From an uncultured Candidatus Saccharibacteria bacterium (GTDB taxonomy: Bacteria; Patescibacteriota; Minisyncoccia; Phycocordibacterales; JAACPR01): a stretch of DNA of 64,000 nt. Made by a program: the position numbers and the translations under genes. The notes under the pieces are model-generated. The model saw only the letters and a program-made list of their open reading frames with translations. It was not told the DNA's origin and made no database searches. The stretch covers positions 1,709-65,708 of the forward strand of contig CAZIEY010000002.1 in the NCBI GenBank assembly GCA_964538855.1. The letters are read 5' to 3'. This document shows, in pieces, positions 45,411 to 56,385 of the stretch; positions within the stretch are counted from its first letter, which is position 1, and every line of letters begins with the position of its first letter.

Positions 45411-46667
45411 TTATGGTAAGAATTTCTTAAACCAGTTTGTGATAATGCCCAAAATACGTTTAAACGACAACTTAGAAAATGATTTGCCTGCAGGATATTC
45501 TGCATCCATAGAGAGACCGTAGACACATAAACCATAGGCTACTGACCATGTCGAGTCCTTGATCTTTAGTCCTGTTGTTTGCACGTTTTTTAAATCGTCA
45601 CCATTTGAAATGACACTCGCGATTCGCGACGGTAATTTGAGAGTAGCTTTGGCGAGGTCTCCGACAGTGGTGAGACCTGATCCACCACCAGTCAGGATAA
45701 TTCCTGCGGGCAGTAATCCGCTGCGCTCAATCTTTTTTAGCTGTGCATCGATAAGATCGAATACGTCAGATAAGCGTGATGAGATAATACTTTTAATTTT
45801 ATTTTCCGGACTCTTTTTGGCGGTTTCAGGTATCGAATAATGGTCTTCGCGGCGTTTGGTTTTTTCAGCTTCATCAAGAGAGATTTGCATACCAAGTGCA
45901 ATATCATTTGTGATGTCGTTTGAGCCGACTTTAAAAATTTCCATACTGATTGGTACGTCCTCTTCGTAGACAATCATAGAGACGGTTTCCGCACCGATAT
46001 TCACAAGAACACACCCTGCGATTCGCTCTGTCTTTGAAAGGTTCGCGATTCCGGCGGCGAGCGGTGCCGCGACTGCGTCGATAATTTCAATCCCTGCGTT
46101 TTCTACTGCTTCGATTAATTCGGCGACGTGATGAGAGAGGCAGTTAATATACATAATTTTAGCCTCTAATTTGTTTCCCTTCATTCCGACAGGGTCACCA
46201 AAAACAGCCTTGCCGTCGATTTTGTATTCAATCGGTATAGTGTGAATTATCTGTCTGTTCATCGCAACAGCGGGTGGGATGAGCCGGGTACTTTCTTCGG
46301 CTACTTTTTCTAAATCAAGTTCTGTAATTTCCGCGTCTGCTCTGGAGATAATGATATTGCCGGTGCTCGTATAGCTTCCTAGACCAATACCACCAATAGA
46401 AATAAAGGCGCGTTCGATAGTAATTCCAGATGATTTTTCGGCCTGCTTGACTGCCTTACGAATACTTCGAATCGCATCGTGCTGGTTAATGATGTAGCCG
46501 TGTCGAAGTCCTTTTGATTCGGCGTAGCCAAGCCCAATAATTTTAGGTAAGGAGTTACTTTGATGCGCATTTTCGGCAACAACAACTTTGACCTGATAGG
46601 TCCCAATATCTATACCAACTGAAAATGTATTCCTCATTGCTGTATATTCTACAACAGAATTGGCCAA
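45411..46667 (-). CDS. ftsA: Cell division protein FtsA
   Basis: Actin-like ATPase, N-terminal FSVGIDIGTYQVKVVVAE, adjacent to ftsZ. Confidence 0.8.
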   Translation of the reverse strand: MANSVVEYTAMRNTFSVGIDIGTYQVKVVVAENAHQSNSLPKIIGLGYAESKGLRHGYIINQHDAIRSIRKAVKQAEKSSGITIERAFISIGGIGLGSYTSTGNIIISRADAEITELDLEKVAEESTRLIPPAVAMNRQIIHTIPIEYKIDGKAVFGDPVGMKGNKLEAKIMYINCLSHHVAELIEAVENAGIEIIDAVAAPLAAGIANLSKTERIAGCVLVNIGAETVSMIVYEEDVPISMEIFKVGSNDITNDIALGMQISLDEAEKTKRREDHYSIPETAKKSPENKIKSIISSRLSDVFDLIDAQLKKIERSGLLPAGIILTGGGSGLTTVGDLAKATLKLPSRIASVISNGDDLKNVQTTGLKIKDSTWSVAYGLCVYGLSMDAEYPAGKSFSKLSFKRILGIITNWFKKFLP

Positions 46668-46688
46668 TGCAATAAAAAGTTTTCAAGG

Positions 46689-47069
46689 TTAAGAGAATTT
46701 CTTTAAAAATTTCTGCTCGAGAGCATCCATTTTTTTACCATGATCAAGACCGAGGAGATGCAACATCCCATGTATCAAAAGATAGATACATAACTTTTTA
46801 TAGGGCATTTCGAACTGGGTAGTTTGTTGCTCAACCTTTCGCAAGTTCAAAAAAATTTCACCAGATTTTTTGTCGAGCGGAAAAGAAAGCACATTGGTCG
46901 CGTAGTCTTTTTGGCGGTAGGTACGGTTGATGTTGCGGCAGCGTTTGTCTCCAATAAAAACAATAGAGAGGGAATAGTCTTTACCTAAAATTTCCTGCGC
47001 TATTGTAGACAAAAACAACTCGCTTGCGGGCGAATTGCGTCTGGTGAAATTGTTCACGGATAGATTCAT
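46689..47069 (-). CDS. ybeY: rRNA maturation endoribonuclease YbeY
   Basis: HGMLHLLGLDH zinc-binding motif. Confidence 0.8.
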   Translation of the reverse strand: MNLSVNNFTRRNSPASELFLSTIAQEILGKDYSLSIVFIGDKRCRNINRTYRQKDYATNVLSFPLDKKSGEIFLNLRKVEQQTTQFEMPYKKLCIYLLIHGMLHLLGLDHGKKMDALEQKFLKKFS

Positions 47070-47320
47070 TATTTCTTTGCTCCCTTTTTTCGAGTATCAG
47101 CGATTTTTCCAAGCTTGAAAAGTCTGTTGTATTCAGCTGCTTTTCTCAACACAATTAATCGCTTTTTCTTTTTAACGTAATCTGATTTGACTCGTTCTGC
47201 GTATCGAATAGATCGAACACGAGGGAGAACACCAGATTCCTGGACTCGTCGAGTAAAACGCTTGATCATGCTCAAGCTGCTTTCGTTTTTCTTTTTTACT
47301 ACTTCTACGTTTGATGCCAT
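47069..47320 (-). CDS. rpsU: 30S ribosomal protein S21
   Basis: LSMIKRFTRRVQESGVLPRVRSIRYAERV parallels E. coli S21 [27 protein letters not shown]. Confidence 0.55.
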   Translation of the reverse strand: MASNVEVVKKKNESSLSMIKRFTRRVQESGVLPRVRSIRYAERVKSDYVKKKKRLIVLRKAAEYNRLFKLGKIADTRKKGAKK

Positions 47321-47350
47321 AATGGGGAATACTTTACCATAACCCGATTT

Positions 47351-48523
47351 TTATTTCAAGCTTTTGAGATGTGTAACGAGTTCTGGGATCGGAATGCTCT
47401 GTTGGAAGCGACCTTGGGAATCTTTGACGATCACGCTCTTATCGATAGCTTCTTTATGACCAATAATGAGCATAAATTTAGATTTTACTTTGGCAGCATA
47501 TTGAAGTTGCGAAGAAAGTTTGTCTCGTACAATACGATGCTTGACTTGAATGCCTTCTTTGTGAAGTAATTCAAGGACACTGAGCGCAACAACTTTAGCG
47601 CGATCTCCAACTTGAATAAGGAAGAAGTCATTTTCGTTTTTCCCATTGAGACTTTTTTCGGTAACCGTTTTATTTTTTTGAAGCCACACGTTTGCACTCA
47701 TCGCAGAGATTTCGCGTCGTGCACCAAGTTTTTTTGCGAGCATGTTGTAACGAGAACCAGCAGCGAGGACTTTTCTCGTATCGGTATCAACGATGTGGAA
47801 AGTGGTATGGGTAGAATAATTAGGATCTCCGAGAATGCTTGAATTGATTTCGTACGGCATATCAAAAGATTCCAAATATTCAATAATTTCTTTGAATTTT
47901 GCACGACCTTCTTCATTCAAAAAGTCCATCGGTTCCGGTGCGTGCTCTTTTAAAATCTTGCAATTATCGCCACCTTGGGTAATCAAGGTGTGTAGACCAT
48001 CTTTGAAATATTGTCGGCATGTTGCGTTCAAGAGACTGATATTTTTGCGGAAAAACCCTGTGGCCTCGCGATTAAATTGTGTTTGAGTTTCCTTGCCTCC
48101 CATGTTGTTGATGAGGAGGGTAATATTATCTGATCCATCTTCTCGCAAAATTGTTTGGATAGTTTTAATCATTAGTGCATCCGCGATGCTTTTTTCAGCC
48201 CCTAAAATGTGAAGACTGATTTGTTCTTCGCCTGGTCGCTTGCGCAATTTATCGTGATCACCAACAGCTGGCCCATCGAAATATCGGAAAACAGGTGCAG
48301 AGCCAGTTTCTTTTTCGCTATCCCTATATTCGATAACGAGTTGACCAACCTCTTCCATTGCTGGCATGTATTCATCGAGATATTTTTTCTCTTTTTTGTG
48401 CTCAGCGCATAGCTTGATAGTTTCGCTTGTAACATGGAGCTTTGATTCCAAAGTAAAGCCAAAATGCTTGGCTACCGTAGCCGCCTTTAGAAAGCTTGTG
48501 TTTTTGGTTTTTTTTGTTGTCAT
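47351..48523 (-). CDS. Histidyl-tRNA synthetase-like protein (HisRS/HisZ family), divergent and short
   Basis: GSRYNMLAKKLGARREISAMSANV resembles HisRS motif 3 (GGRYDgL...G...PAvGFA). C-terminal anticodon-binding-like domain. Motifs 1 and 2 are weak. Confidence 0.45.
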   Translation of the reverse strand: MTTKKTKNTSFLKAATVAKHFGFTLESKLHVTSETIKLCAEHKKEKKYLDEYMPAMEEVGQLVIEYRDSEKETGSAPVFRYFDGPAVGDHDKLRKRPGEEQISLHILGAEKSIADALMIKTIQTILREDGSDNITLLINNMGGKETQTQFNREATGFFRKNISLLNATCRQYFKDGLHTLITQGGDNCKILKEHAPEPMDFLNEEGRAKFKEIIEYLESFDMPYEINSSILGDPNYSTHTTFHIVDTDTRKVLAAGSRYNMLAKKLGARREISAMSANVWLQKNKTVTEKSLNGKNENDFFLIQVGDRAKVVALSVLELLHKEGIQVKHRIVRDKLSSQLQYAAKVKSKFMLIIGHKEAIDKSVIVKDSQGRFQQSIPIPELVTHLKSLK

Positions 48524-48525
48524 GT

Positions 48526-49107
48526 TTATAAGTTAAGTTTACCCGGCAAATAATCGATAGTGCTCAAGGGGAGTAGTCGTACAAATGCTCGACCGATGAT
48601 TGTATCTTTTTTAATTGGTCCAAAATATCTCGAGTCGAGGCTGTTTTTGCGATTATCACCCATCACAAAGAGTTCGTCAGGTAATAGTGTCCATTCCGCG
48701 GTAAAACTGAAATCCTTGGTGATGTTTTGTTCGTCGAGTTTTTCAAATTCATTTGCTCCGACTTTTTTGATGAAAATTTCGTTACTTACAATTTTCACTG
48801 TTTCGCCAGGCAATCCGATGATGCGCTTGATGAAAAATTTCGAAGTGTCGCCTGCGTAACGGAAGATGACAACGTCTCCACGGGTTGGATTGTTGAACTT
48901 GTACGAAAGCTGATCAACGATAATGTATTGTCCGTCTGTAAAAGTCGGATCCATCGAAGCCCCACTCACAATGAATGGTTGAGCGACAAAGTAGCGGATA
49001 GGGAGCACCACAAAGACGATGAGTAAAACAAAATGCCATAGGTCGCGCATCGACCATTTTGTTCCTTGTTTTACTTCGTTTTCTGAGGTGGAGTTGGTTG
49101 TTTCCAT
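48526..49107 (-). CDS. lepB: Signal peptidase I
   Basis: SGASMDPT (Ser nucleophile) and GDNRKNSLDSRYFGP. Confidence 0.8.
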   Translation of the reverse strand: METTNSTSENEVKQGTKWSMRDLWHFVLLIVFVVLPIRYFVAQPFIVSGASMDPTFTDGQYIIVDQLSYKFNNPTRGDVVIFRYAGDTSKFFIKRIIGLPGETVKIVSNEIFIKKVGANEFEKLDEQNITKDFSFTAEWTLLPDELFVMGDNRKNSLDSRYFGPIKKDTIIGRAFVRLLPLSTIDYLPGKLNL

Positions 49108-49191
49108 AAACTTTTGCCTATTTTACTATATAATGGTGTTTGAAACAAATTTATAAGAAAACGACGCCTCGAGCGTATCACAACAGAAACA

Positions 49192-49779
49192 ATGTATTAC
49201 ATCATCGGTTTAGGAAATCCAGACGCAGAATATGAAGGCTCACGACACAATATTGGTCGTGACATTGTGCAAAAGCTCGCTAAAAAAATCGGCGCGGACG
49301 ATTTTGAATTTAATAAAAAAATAAATGCACAGGTGAGCGAGGGAAAAATCGGTAAAGAAAAAGTCATGATGATTTTGCCTGACACGTATATGAATAAATC
49401 AGGTAACGCATTAAAGTCAATTATCACAAGTGCAAAGAAAGCCGAGTCAATGATGGTTGTGTACGACGATTTAGATTTACCCATCGGCGGAATGAAAATC
49501 AGTTTCAATAAAAGTGACGGCGGACATCGCGGCGTGATGTCTATTATTAAGGCAGTGAAAACTCAAGCCTTCCCACGTTTGCGCATCGGTATTTCTCCTG
49601 CAACAGCGTCTGGTAAATTGAAAAAACCTCATGGGGAAGAGGACGTGGTTAAACATGTGCTCGGCAAATTCAGCCCAAAAGAACAAGAAGCTCTCAAAAA
49701 AGTTATCAAAGACTCAGTCGAAGCATTGTCGGTGTCAGTGACTGACGGATATTTGATTGCATCGAATCGATTTAATTAA
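49192..49779 (+). CDS. pth: Peptidyl-tRNA hydrolase
   Basis: YYIIGLGNPDAEYEGSRHNIG. Confidence 0.85.
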   Translation: MYYIIGLGNPDAEYEGSRHNIGRDIVQKLAKKIGADDFEFNKKINAQVSEGKIGKEKVMMILPDTYMNKSGNALKSIITSAKKAESMMVVYDDLDLPIGGMKISFNKSDGGHRGVMSIIKAVKTQAFPRLRIGISPATASGKLKKPHGEEDVVKHVLGKFSPKEQEALKKVIKDSVEALSVSVTDGYLIASNRFN

Positions 49780-49797
49780 TATAATAATAAAAATAAT

Positions 49798-50679
49798 ATG
49801 GAAAACCAAGAAAATCCGAATAGTATGCCACCGGTTGGTGGTCAACCAGAAGGGATAGAAGGAATGGAGTCCGCCGAATATTTGCGTGCCACATATTATT
49901 TTGCAGAGCTTATTCACACGATTGATCGTGGGGGTATTACTGTTACAATGTCGGAGATTCCAACTTCAATTGATGCTCAGAGAAGTGCGAATCAGGCATA
50001 TTGGAGACCAAACAATGAAAAACTTTTATTACCTAATCAAATAAATGTTGTTGATTCGTATATTCTAAAGATGGGAATTACTATGTACGATGACAGTCCA
50101 AAAAACTATGCATTGGACCCTCAAAATCCTAATCCGGATAAAATCAAGTATATCGGGGTCTTCACACCATGGAGGATTACACAAGGTGCAGAACCAAAAA
50201 TAGAGGTTTGTTTTCATCTCGAACAACTTCAAAAATGCATACACAATCAAAATCATGAGCCAGAGAAGCGATGCGTGGATCTTCTAGATAAGATAATGAA
50301 ATTACTTTCCGAAGAGAGTAGGCGTATTTCAGCTGCCGTTGAGAATCCTGTTGCGGTAAATCGTGAATCGTTGATTACTAAAATACGAAAAGAAATGGAG
50401 GTGCTGGTGCAGGCTATAGAAGCGGCTGAAGTTCCTGAAGATGATATGCCAAGATTTATAGAAATAAAACGCAGCTTTTTTCGAGCACAGTTACCAGTTT
50501 ACAAGATGTTAGGGGTTATGTGGAATAATGGATTTTTGACTAATGCAGAATATGAAGGGTTTACTAATGAGCTCACAACTATTAAAGACCTTGCAAGAGC
50601 GAAGTATTCCGAAGACAGAATTGATGCATATATCGAAGAACAGAAACACAAAGAAAAGAAACAGCAATCACCTCAATAA
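49798..50679 (+). CDS. Hypothetical protein
   Basis: ORF only, 293 aa. Confidence 0.4.
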   Translation: MENQENPNSMPPVGGQPEGIEGMESAEYLRATYYFAELIHTIDRGGITVTMSEIPTSIDAQRSANQAYWRPNNEKLLLPNQINVVDSYILKMGITMYDDSPKNYALDPQNPNPDKIKYIGVFTPWRITQGAEPKIEVCFHLEQLQKCIHNQNHEPEKRCVDLLDKIMKLLSEESRRISAAVENPVAVNRESLITKIRKEMEVLVQAIEAAEVPEDDMPRFIEIKRSFFRAQLPVYKMLGVMWNNGFLTNAEYEGFTNELTTIKDLARAKYSEDRIDAYIEEQKHKEKKQQSPQ

Positions 50680-50689
50680 TTTCAGATTA

Positions 50690-50810
50690 AAAATAAACTA
50701 AAACCCTAATTTTAAAAGTCTGGTTGAGCATCAACACAAAACGCACATTCATTGTTGAATGTGCGTGATGCGACCCGAGGACTTTAAAATTAGGGTTTTA
50801 GTTTATTTTG
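50690..50810 (-). repeat. Hairpin-enclosed structured element, family 2 copy 2. A 29 bp perfect outer stem of different sequence encloses the same conserved motifs AGTCTGGTTGAGCA / GCGACCCGAGGACT. The inner hairpin reads as the rpsA terminator on the minus strand
   Basis: AAATAAACTAAAACCCTAATTTTAAAAGTC...GACTTTAAAATTAGGGTTTTAGTTTATTT. The 3' arm overlaps the last codons of rpsA. Confidence 0.55.
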
Positions 50811-51901
50811 GTCGTAAGCGTCATCTTCTGATCCTTTGCATCAAACAAAGTGATTTTGAATTGATATGTCTTACCGAGTTCCATTTTTTCCTTCAATTCG
50901 GCTGGAGTTCCAAATTCAGAGATATGTACCAATCCGGCCACACCTTCTTCGATTGAAACGAGCGCGCCGTGTTTGTTGTGCTTGATAACAACACCTTTGA
51001 GCACGTCGCCTTTTTTGTATTTCTTGCCAGCTTCAGTCCAAGGATTTTCCTTGAGAGCTTTGATAGAAAGAGAAATCTTGTCGTTTTTAACTTCGATAAC
51101 CTGTACTTTGACTTTGTCGCCGACAGAGTAGTGTTGTCGAGGATCTTCCACGAGTGACCAGTCGATTTCAGAGATGTGCACAAGACCTTCGAGGTTCTGT
51201 GCAACTTTCACAAAGATACCGAAATCAACGACTCCTGTAACATCACCATCGAGAATATCACCAACTGTGTATTTCCCAATTGGTTTTGATTCAGCAGATT
51301 TTGAAGTGCTTTCGCCACCAGAATTTTTCTCTGAGAAAATCAATTTGCCGTCCTCTGGAGTAGCCCCGATAACAGACACTGCCAATTCCTTGCCGATTAA
51401 TTTTTTAAGTTCTTCCAAGATTCGGTTCTTATCACCGTCAGTTACGCGAGGGTAGTGATCAGCATTCAATTGTGAAGCTGGCAAAAATCCTTGCAAACCT
51501 TGCCATGACATAATCAAACCACCCTTGTTTGCGTCGGTCACAGTCACACCAACGATTTTCTTTGACTTAATTGCGTCTTCGACTTCGCCCCAGATCAAAG
51601 CCTGTCGAGCTTCCTTGAGAGAAAGTTCGATGTAACCGTCGGCATTTCGAATGTCGACTACTTTTGCTTTGATTGTGTCACCAACGCGAATTTTTCGAAT
51701 CACGTCGCGAGACATAATGTATTCTCGACCGAAAATAATTCCAGTTCCGAATGGTGGCAAGTTTACAAACACAGCTGCTTTACCGAGTCCAATCACAAGA
51801 CCTTCAACCATATCTCCCTCTACTGGGGGATTAGTCAAATTGGTCACTACCTTTTTCATCGCTGCACTTCCTCCTACCATCTCTATCAAATCGTTTGTCA
51901 T
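50798..51901 (-). CDS. rpsA: 30S ribosomal protein S1
   Basis: Four S1-domain repeats (GxV.G.V..i..fGaFV...g..GLvHiSe). Confidence 0.8.
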   Translation of the reverse strand: MTNDLIEMVGGSAAMKKVVTNLTNPPVEGDMVEGLVIGLGKAAVFVNLPPFGTGIIFGREYIMSRDVIRKIRVGDTIKAKVVDIRNADGYIELSLKEARQALIWGEVEDAIKSKKIVGVTVTDANKGGLIMSWQGLQGFLPASQLNADHYPRVTDGDKNRILEELKKLIGKELAVSVIGATPEDGKLIFSEKNSGGESTSKSAESKPIGKYTVGDILDGDVTGVVDFGIFVKVAQNLEGLVHISEIDWSLVEDPRQHYSVGDKVKVQVIEVKNDKISLSIKALKENPWTEAGKKYKKGDVLKGVVIKHNKHGALVSIEEGVAGLVHISEFGTPAELKEKMELGKTYQFKITLFDAKDQKMTLTTKIN

Positions 51902-52114
51902 TGTAATTTTGAAGCTGACTAATTCTGTGTGCGAAACTATCGGGACAAAACACAGGGTTATTAGCGCGCTTGGGTTTTATTAATAAAGTACAATACGGGG
52001 CATTATACATGGGTTTGAGGGGGTTTTCTAGCTTGACAATACGATTATGATATGATTCTATTAATAACTAAGGATGTGTCGCATTAAGCGATATTTCCAA
52101 AACTAGGAGCTCTT

Positions 52115-52369
52115 GTGAAATGTGTCGCCACATTGTTGATAATCTTTTGCTGTTTTAACGCTGATGCCAAATGGGGCGGTGTCAGCGAAAAAGCACGCGA
52201 GGAGAGAAAAGCGAGGATTGCTGCTGAGGAACGAAAGGTATTTTATGCAAAAGTTCGTTCTCAAGTCCCAATCTTCATTGGAAAGGCTCTTTGGGTCATT
52301 CCGTTGGGGGCACTCGTGGCTTTTTCACTCTATGGGTGCTGGGTCACCATGCGTAACCGATCTCCTTAG
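52115..52369 (+). CDS. Small hypothetical protein with an N-terminal signal peptide and a C-terminal TM
   Basis: ORF only. Confidence 0.3.
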   Translation: MKCVATLLIIFCCFNADAKWGGVSEKAREERKARIAAEERKVFYAKVRSQVPIFIGKALWVIPLGALVAFSLYGCWVTMRNRSP

Positions 52370-52469
52370 GGGGGTATGCGGGCTCAGCCTGGGATTTAAC
52401 AGTTGGTCGCCACAACGGGACCAACTTTTTTAATTGCTAAAAAAATAAAAACCGCATATAATTCTCTTC

Positions 52470-53102
52470 ATGATAATCACATCCCAAGGACTCGAGTGTA
52501 TTAAAATTCAGCACGGTGACACCACAGTCGCATTTAATCCACCTTCAAAAAAATCGAAACACAGCGGAACTTCTTTTGGTGCAGATGTTGTACTTATCAC
52601 TGCAAATCACCCAGATTTGAACGGCGCGGAAATGGCTTCACGAAATGACAAAGAGGCATTCGTGGTCAAGGGACCGGGCGAATACGAATCAGCGGGACTT
52701 TTTATACGCGGATATTCTTCAAAAACAAATTATGGTGGACAAGAGCGAATCAATACTATATATACAGTCACTATTGATGGCATCAACGTGGCATTTCTCG
52801 GAGCGCTCGATCAAACCGAATTGGAACCAGAAGCAAAAGAGGCACTCGGCGAATCTGACGTGTTATTTGTGCCAATTGGCGGCGACGGAGTTCTAAGTGC
52901 TTCGGCTGCATATGAAATGGCGTTTAAACGCGAGCCAGCCATTATTATTCCGATTCACTACGGCGTGGTCGGTGAGAAAGATGCTCTCAAGGAATTTTTG
53001 AAAGAGGCTGGTGTGTCGAATTTAAAACCTGTCGACAAATTGACACTCAAGAAAAAAGATTTGGAAGGAAAGAAAGGAGAGATTGTGGTGATTTCGGCTT
53101 AG
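52470..53102 (+). CDS. MBL-fold metallo-hydrolase
   Basis: VLITANHPDLNG and a beta-lactamase-fold pattern. Confidence 0.55.
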   Translation: MIITSQGLECIKIQHGDTTVAFNPPSKKSKHSGTSFGADVVLITANHPDLNGAEMASRNDKEAFVVKGPGEYESAGLFIRGYSSKTNYGGQERINTIYTVTIDGINVAFLGALDQTELEPEAKEALGESDVLFVPIGGDGVLSASAAYEMAFKREPAIIIPIHYGVVGEKDALKEFLKEAGVSNLKPVDKLTLKKKDLEGKKGEIVVISA

Positions 53103-53125
53103 ATAATATTAACTTTACAATCAAG

Positions 53126-53344
53126 ATGCTTTCACGTTGGCTTGAAAAAACTCGACAAAAATCTGACGAAGAAAAGCGATTTGTGGCACTCGTGATTTCT
53201 TTTGTTATTACTGCTTTTATTTTCGCTGGTTGGCTATTTTTCATTACAAACACATATAGCAATAGTAAGGAAAGTGTTGCATCACGTTCAACTGCTTCAC
53301 CGATTCAGTCTGTGAAAAATATCTTTAAAAACTTGGTGGAATAA
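53126..53344 (+). CDS. Small membrane protein
   Basis: Single TM, 72 aa. Confidence 0.35.
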   Translation: MLSRWLEKTRQKSDEEKRFVALVISFVITAFIFAGWLFFITNTYSNSKESVASRSTASPIQSVKNIFKNLVE

Positions 53345-53378
53345 AAAAGTGATTTGTGATATAATACCCAAATAATTT

Positions 53379-55841
53379 ATGGCAAAAGACGATCAAAAAC
53401 CACAAACTCACGAGGAAATCCACGGCAAAATGATCGCAGCACCGGTGACTGTCGAGATGAAGAAATCGTATCTGGACTATTCGATGTCTGTGATTACAGA
53501 CCGTGCTTTATCGGATGTGCGTGATGGTTTAAAACCTGTGCACCGTCGAATTTTGTATTCGATGTTCAAAACTGGTCTTGTTCCAACAGCGCGATTTAAA
53601 AAATCCGCGACAGTAGTCGGAGATGTGCTCGGTAACTATCACCCTCATGGTGACATGTCAGTGTATGATGCGATGGTTAAAATGGCACAGCCGTTTGTGA
53701 TGCGCTATCCGCTCGTACTTGGCCAAGGTAACTTCGGTTCTATCGACGGTGACAACGCTGCGGCGTATCGTTACACCGAATCAAAAATGAGCAAGCTCGC
53801 TGCTGAATTTTTGCTTGATATCGACAAAGAGACCGTTGATTTCAGACCAAACTTCGACGCAACGAAAAAAGAACCAGTTGTTTTGCCTTCGACTGTGCCG
53901 AATTTGCTTTTGAATGGAACACTCGGAATCGCGGTTGGTATGGCATCAAATATCCCTCCGCACAACTTGCGCGAAATTGTCGACGCGACTATTTATATGG
54001 CCGACAATCCAAAAGCAACGACCGAAGACCTTCTTCAATTTGTGAAAGGTCCTGATTTTCCAACAGGCGGCGTCATTTTTAATCAAACTGATATTCGCAC
54101 TGCATATGCGACGGGGCGTGGTGGTGTCGTCTGTCGCGGTGAGGCTGAAATTGTCGAAGAAAAATCTGGTGCAAGCCAGATTATCATCACTTCGATTCCG
54201 TATCGTGTGAACAAAGCCGAAATGATTTCAAAAATCGCTGAATTGCACCGCGATAAAAAAATTGAGGGAATTAAGGGGCTTCGTGACGAATCAACCGAAG
54301 ACATTCGCGTAGTTATTGATATTAAATCATCAGCACACCCACAGAACGTTTTGAATTTTATCTACAAACACACTCAGCTCGAGGAAACTTTCCATTACAA
54401 TATGGTCGCTCTCGTCGATGGTGTTCCTCAAACTTTGTCGCTTCGAAATATTTTGGAAGAATTTTTGAAACACCGTGTAGAGGTAGTGACTCGTCGAACC
54501 AAATTTGAATTGAAAAAAGCTGAGGCTCGCGAACATATTTTGCTTGGTTTGAAAAAAGCACTCGATCACATCGACGAAATCATTAAATTGATCAAGGCTT
54601 CGAAAGACACTCCGACTGCGCACGAAAATTTGATGAAGAAGTTCAAATTTAGCGCGATCCAGGCCACTGCGATTTTGGAAATGAAGTTGCAAAAATTGGC
54701 TGGTCTCGAACGTAAGAAAATCGAAGATGAATTGGCTGCGGTGCAGGCGCTCATCGCTGACCTACGGGCGCTTCTTGCAAGCAAGACAAAAATTCTCGCA
54801 CTCATCAAAACAGAATTAAAAGTAATTTCTGAAAAATATGGTGACGATCGTATGACCAAGGTTTTGAAACACGGCGTGAAAAATATCTCTCTCGAAGATT
54901 TAATCCCTGACGAAACCAGCGTGTTGGTTTTGACAAAAGGCGGCTACATTAAACGCACAAATCCAGACGAATTCCGCCAGCAAAAACGGGGTGGTGTGGG
55001 TGTCATTGATATGGACACAAAAGACGAGGACTTCGTGCAGATTTTCTTGAATGCAAATACTCATGCCGATCTTCTTTTCTTCACCGACTACGGTCGTGTG
55101 TATCAAATGAAAATGTACGAAATTCCAGAAGGAAAACGTTCAACAAAAGGGAAATCAATAATGAACTTCCTCACCCTCGCAGCTGACGAACAGATTACAT
55201 CTATTTTGCCAATGCCGAAAAATGTAAAGTCCGGTGAATTTGCGGTCATGATGGTGACACGTGATGGTGTTGCAAAAAAAGTAGAAGCAGAGAATTTCCA
55301 TGACGTGCGCAAGAGCGGAATCATCGCAATTAAATTAAACGACGATGATCGACTTGTGTCTGCTTCGTTCGTCTCAAAAAATGACCAAACGATTGTGGTC
55401 ACTTCGGGTGGGCAATCAATTCGTTTCAAGTCTTCTGACATTCGCGAAATGGGACGCAACGCTGCGGGTGTTCGTGCGATGAAACTTGGCAAAGGTGACG
55501 TTATCATTAGCGCACTTCCAGTATATAAAACAGAAGGAAAACAGGACTTGCTCGTCTTTTCTGAAAATGGATACGGAAAACAAACTCCGCTTGATGAATA
55601 CAAAGTTCAAAACCGCGGCGGATCTGGCATTAAGACTGCAAAAGTCACACCGAAAATCGGAAAAATCATGTCTGCCGCCGTTGTTACAAGCGAAACTCAC
55701 GAAGTGGTTGCGATGTCTCAAAAGGGTCAAGTCATTCGCATCAATGTCGAAGAAATTCCAGAACTTGGTCGTCAAACCCAGGGTGTGCGTGTGATGAAAT
55801 TACGTGATGGTGATAAGATTGCTTCTCTTGTCTGTCTCTAG
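53379..55841 (+). CDS. gyrA: DNA gyrase subunit A
   Basis: [12 protein letters not shown] and [11 protein letters not shown] (active-site Tyr), 820 aa. Confidence 0.9.
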   Translation: MAKDDQKPQTHEEIHGKMIAAPVTVEMKKSYLDYSMSVITDRALSDVRDGLKPVHRRILYSMFKTGLVPTARFKKSATVVGDVLGNYHPHGDMSVYDAMVKMAQPFVMRYPLVLGQGNFGSIDGDNAAAYRYTESKMSKLAAEFLLDIDKETVDFRPNFDATKKEPVVLPSTVPNLLLNGTLGIAVGMASNIPPHNLREIVDATIYMADNPKATTEDLLQFVKGPDFPTGGVIFNQTDIRTAYATGRGGVVCRGEAEIVEEKSGASQIIITSIPYRVNKAEMISKIAELHRDKKIEGIKGLRDESTEDIRVVIDIKSSAHPQNVLNFIYKHTQLEETFHYNMVALVDGVPQTLSLRNILEEFLKHRVEVVTRRTKFELKKAEAREHILLGLKKALDHIDEIIKLIKASKDTPTAHENLMKKFKFSAIQATAILEMKLQKLAGLERKKIEDELAAVQALIADLRALLASKTKILALIKTELKVISEKYGDDRMTKVLKHGVKNISLEDLIPDETSVLVLTKGGYIKRTNPDEFRQQKRGGVGVIDMDTKDEDFVQIFLNANTHADLLFFTDYGRVYQMKMYEIPEGKRSTKGKSIMNFLTLAADEQITSILPMPKNVKSGEFAVMMVTRDGVAKKVEAENFHDVRKSGIIAIKLNDDDRLVSASFVSKNDQTIVVTSGGQSIRFKSSDIREMGRNAAGVRAMKLGKGDVIISALPVYKTEGKQDLLVFSENGYGKQTPLDEYKVQNRGGSGIKTAKVTPKIGKIMSAAVVTSETHEVVAMSQKGQVIRINVEEIPELGRQTQGVRVMKLRDGDKIASLVCL

Positions 55842-55857
55842 GGTATAATTCGGGTAC

Positions 55858-56385
55858 ATGTTTGTAACACCCGAAGACATAATTTCACAATTTCACATTG
55901 ATCCTGGCATGTCTGTCGCAGACCTCGGTTCGGGCGCGGGATTTTACAGTATCTTATGCGCAAAAACAGTCGGACCAAGCGGTCGTGTGTATGCTGTTGA
56001 TGTTCAAAAGGATCTTCTACAAAAGATTCAGGCAGAAGCTTCTGCGCAGGGTGTGCACAATATTAAATTGGTATGGGGTGATTTGGATCACAAAAATGGC
56101 ACTACTCTCGGCGACGTTTCTGTTGATCGAGTTTTGATTATCAACACTCTTTTTCAAATCGAAAACCGTGATGAAATGATTACCGAGGCGTGTCGCATTT
56201 TAAAACCGAAAGGGAAATTACTCTTCGTTGATTGGACTGATTCGTATGGCGGTATGGGTCCTCAATCAAAAGATATTATCAAGTACGATGTAGCTCGAAC
56301 TATGTTTGAGCACGATGGGTTTGAATTTGATCGAGATCTGAACGCAGGAGATCATCATTACGGAATTGTCTTTAAAAAATCATGA
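55858..56385 (+). CDS. Class I SAM-dependent methyltransferase
   Basis: VADLGSGAGFYS (motif I). Confidence 0.65.
   Translation: MFVTPEDIISQFHIDPGMSVADLGSGAGFYSILCAKTVGPSGRVYAVDVQKDLLQKIQAEASAQGVHNIKLVWGDLDHKNGTTLGDVSVDRVLIINTLFQIENRDEMITEACRILKPKGKLLFVDWTDSYGGMGPQSKDIIKYDVARTMFEHDGFEFDRDLNAGDHHYGIVFKKS

Noticed and set aside
47069-47320. Alternative call of the 83-aa protein as ribosomal protein L28
   Set aside because: The alignment pattern (FKRxxExxGVLxEVRRRxxYEKP) fits bS21, not bL28.
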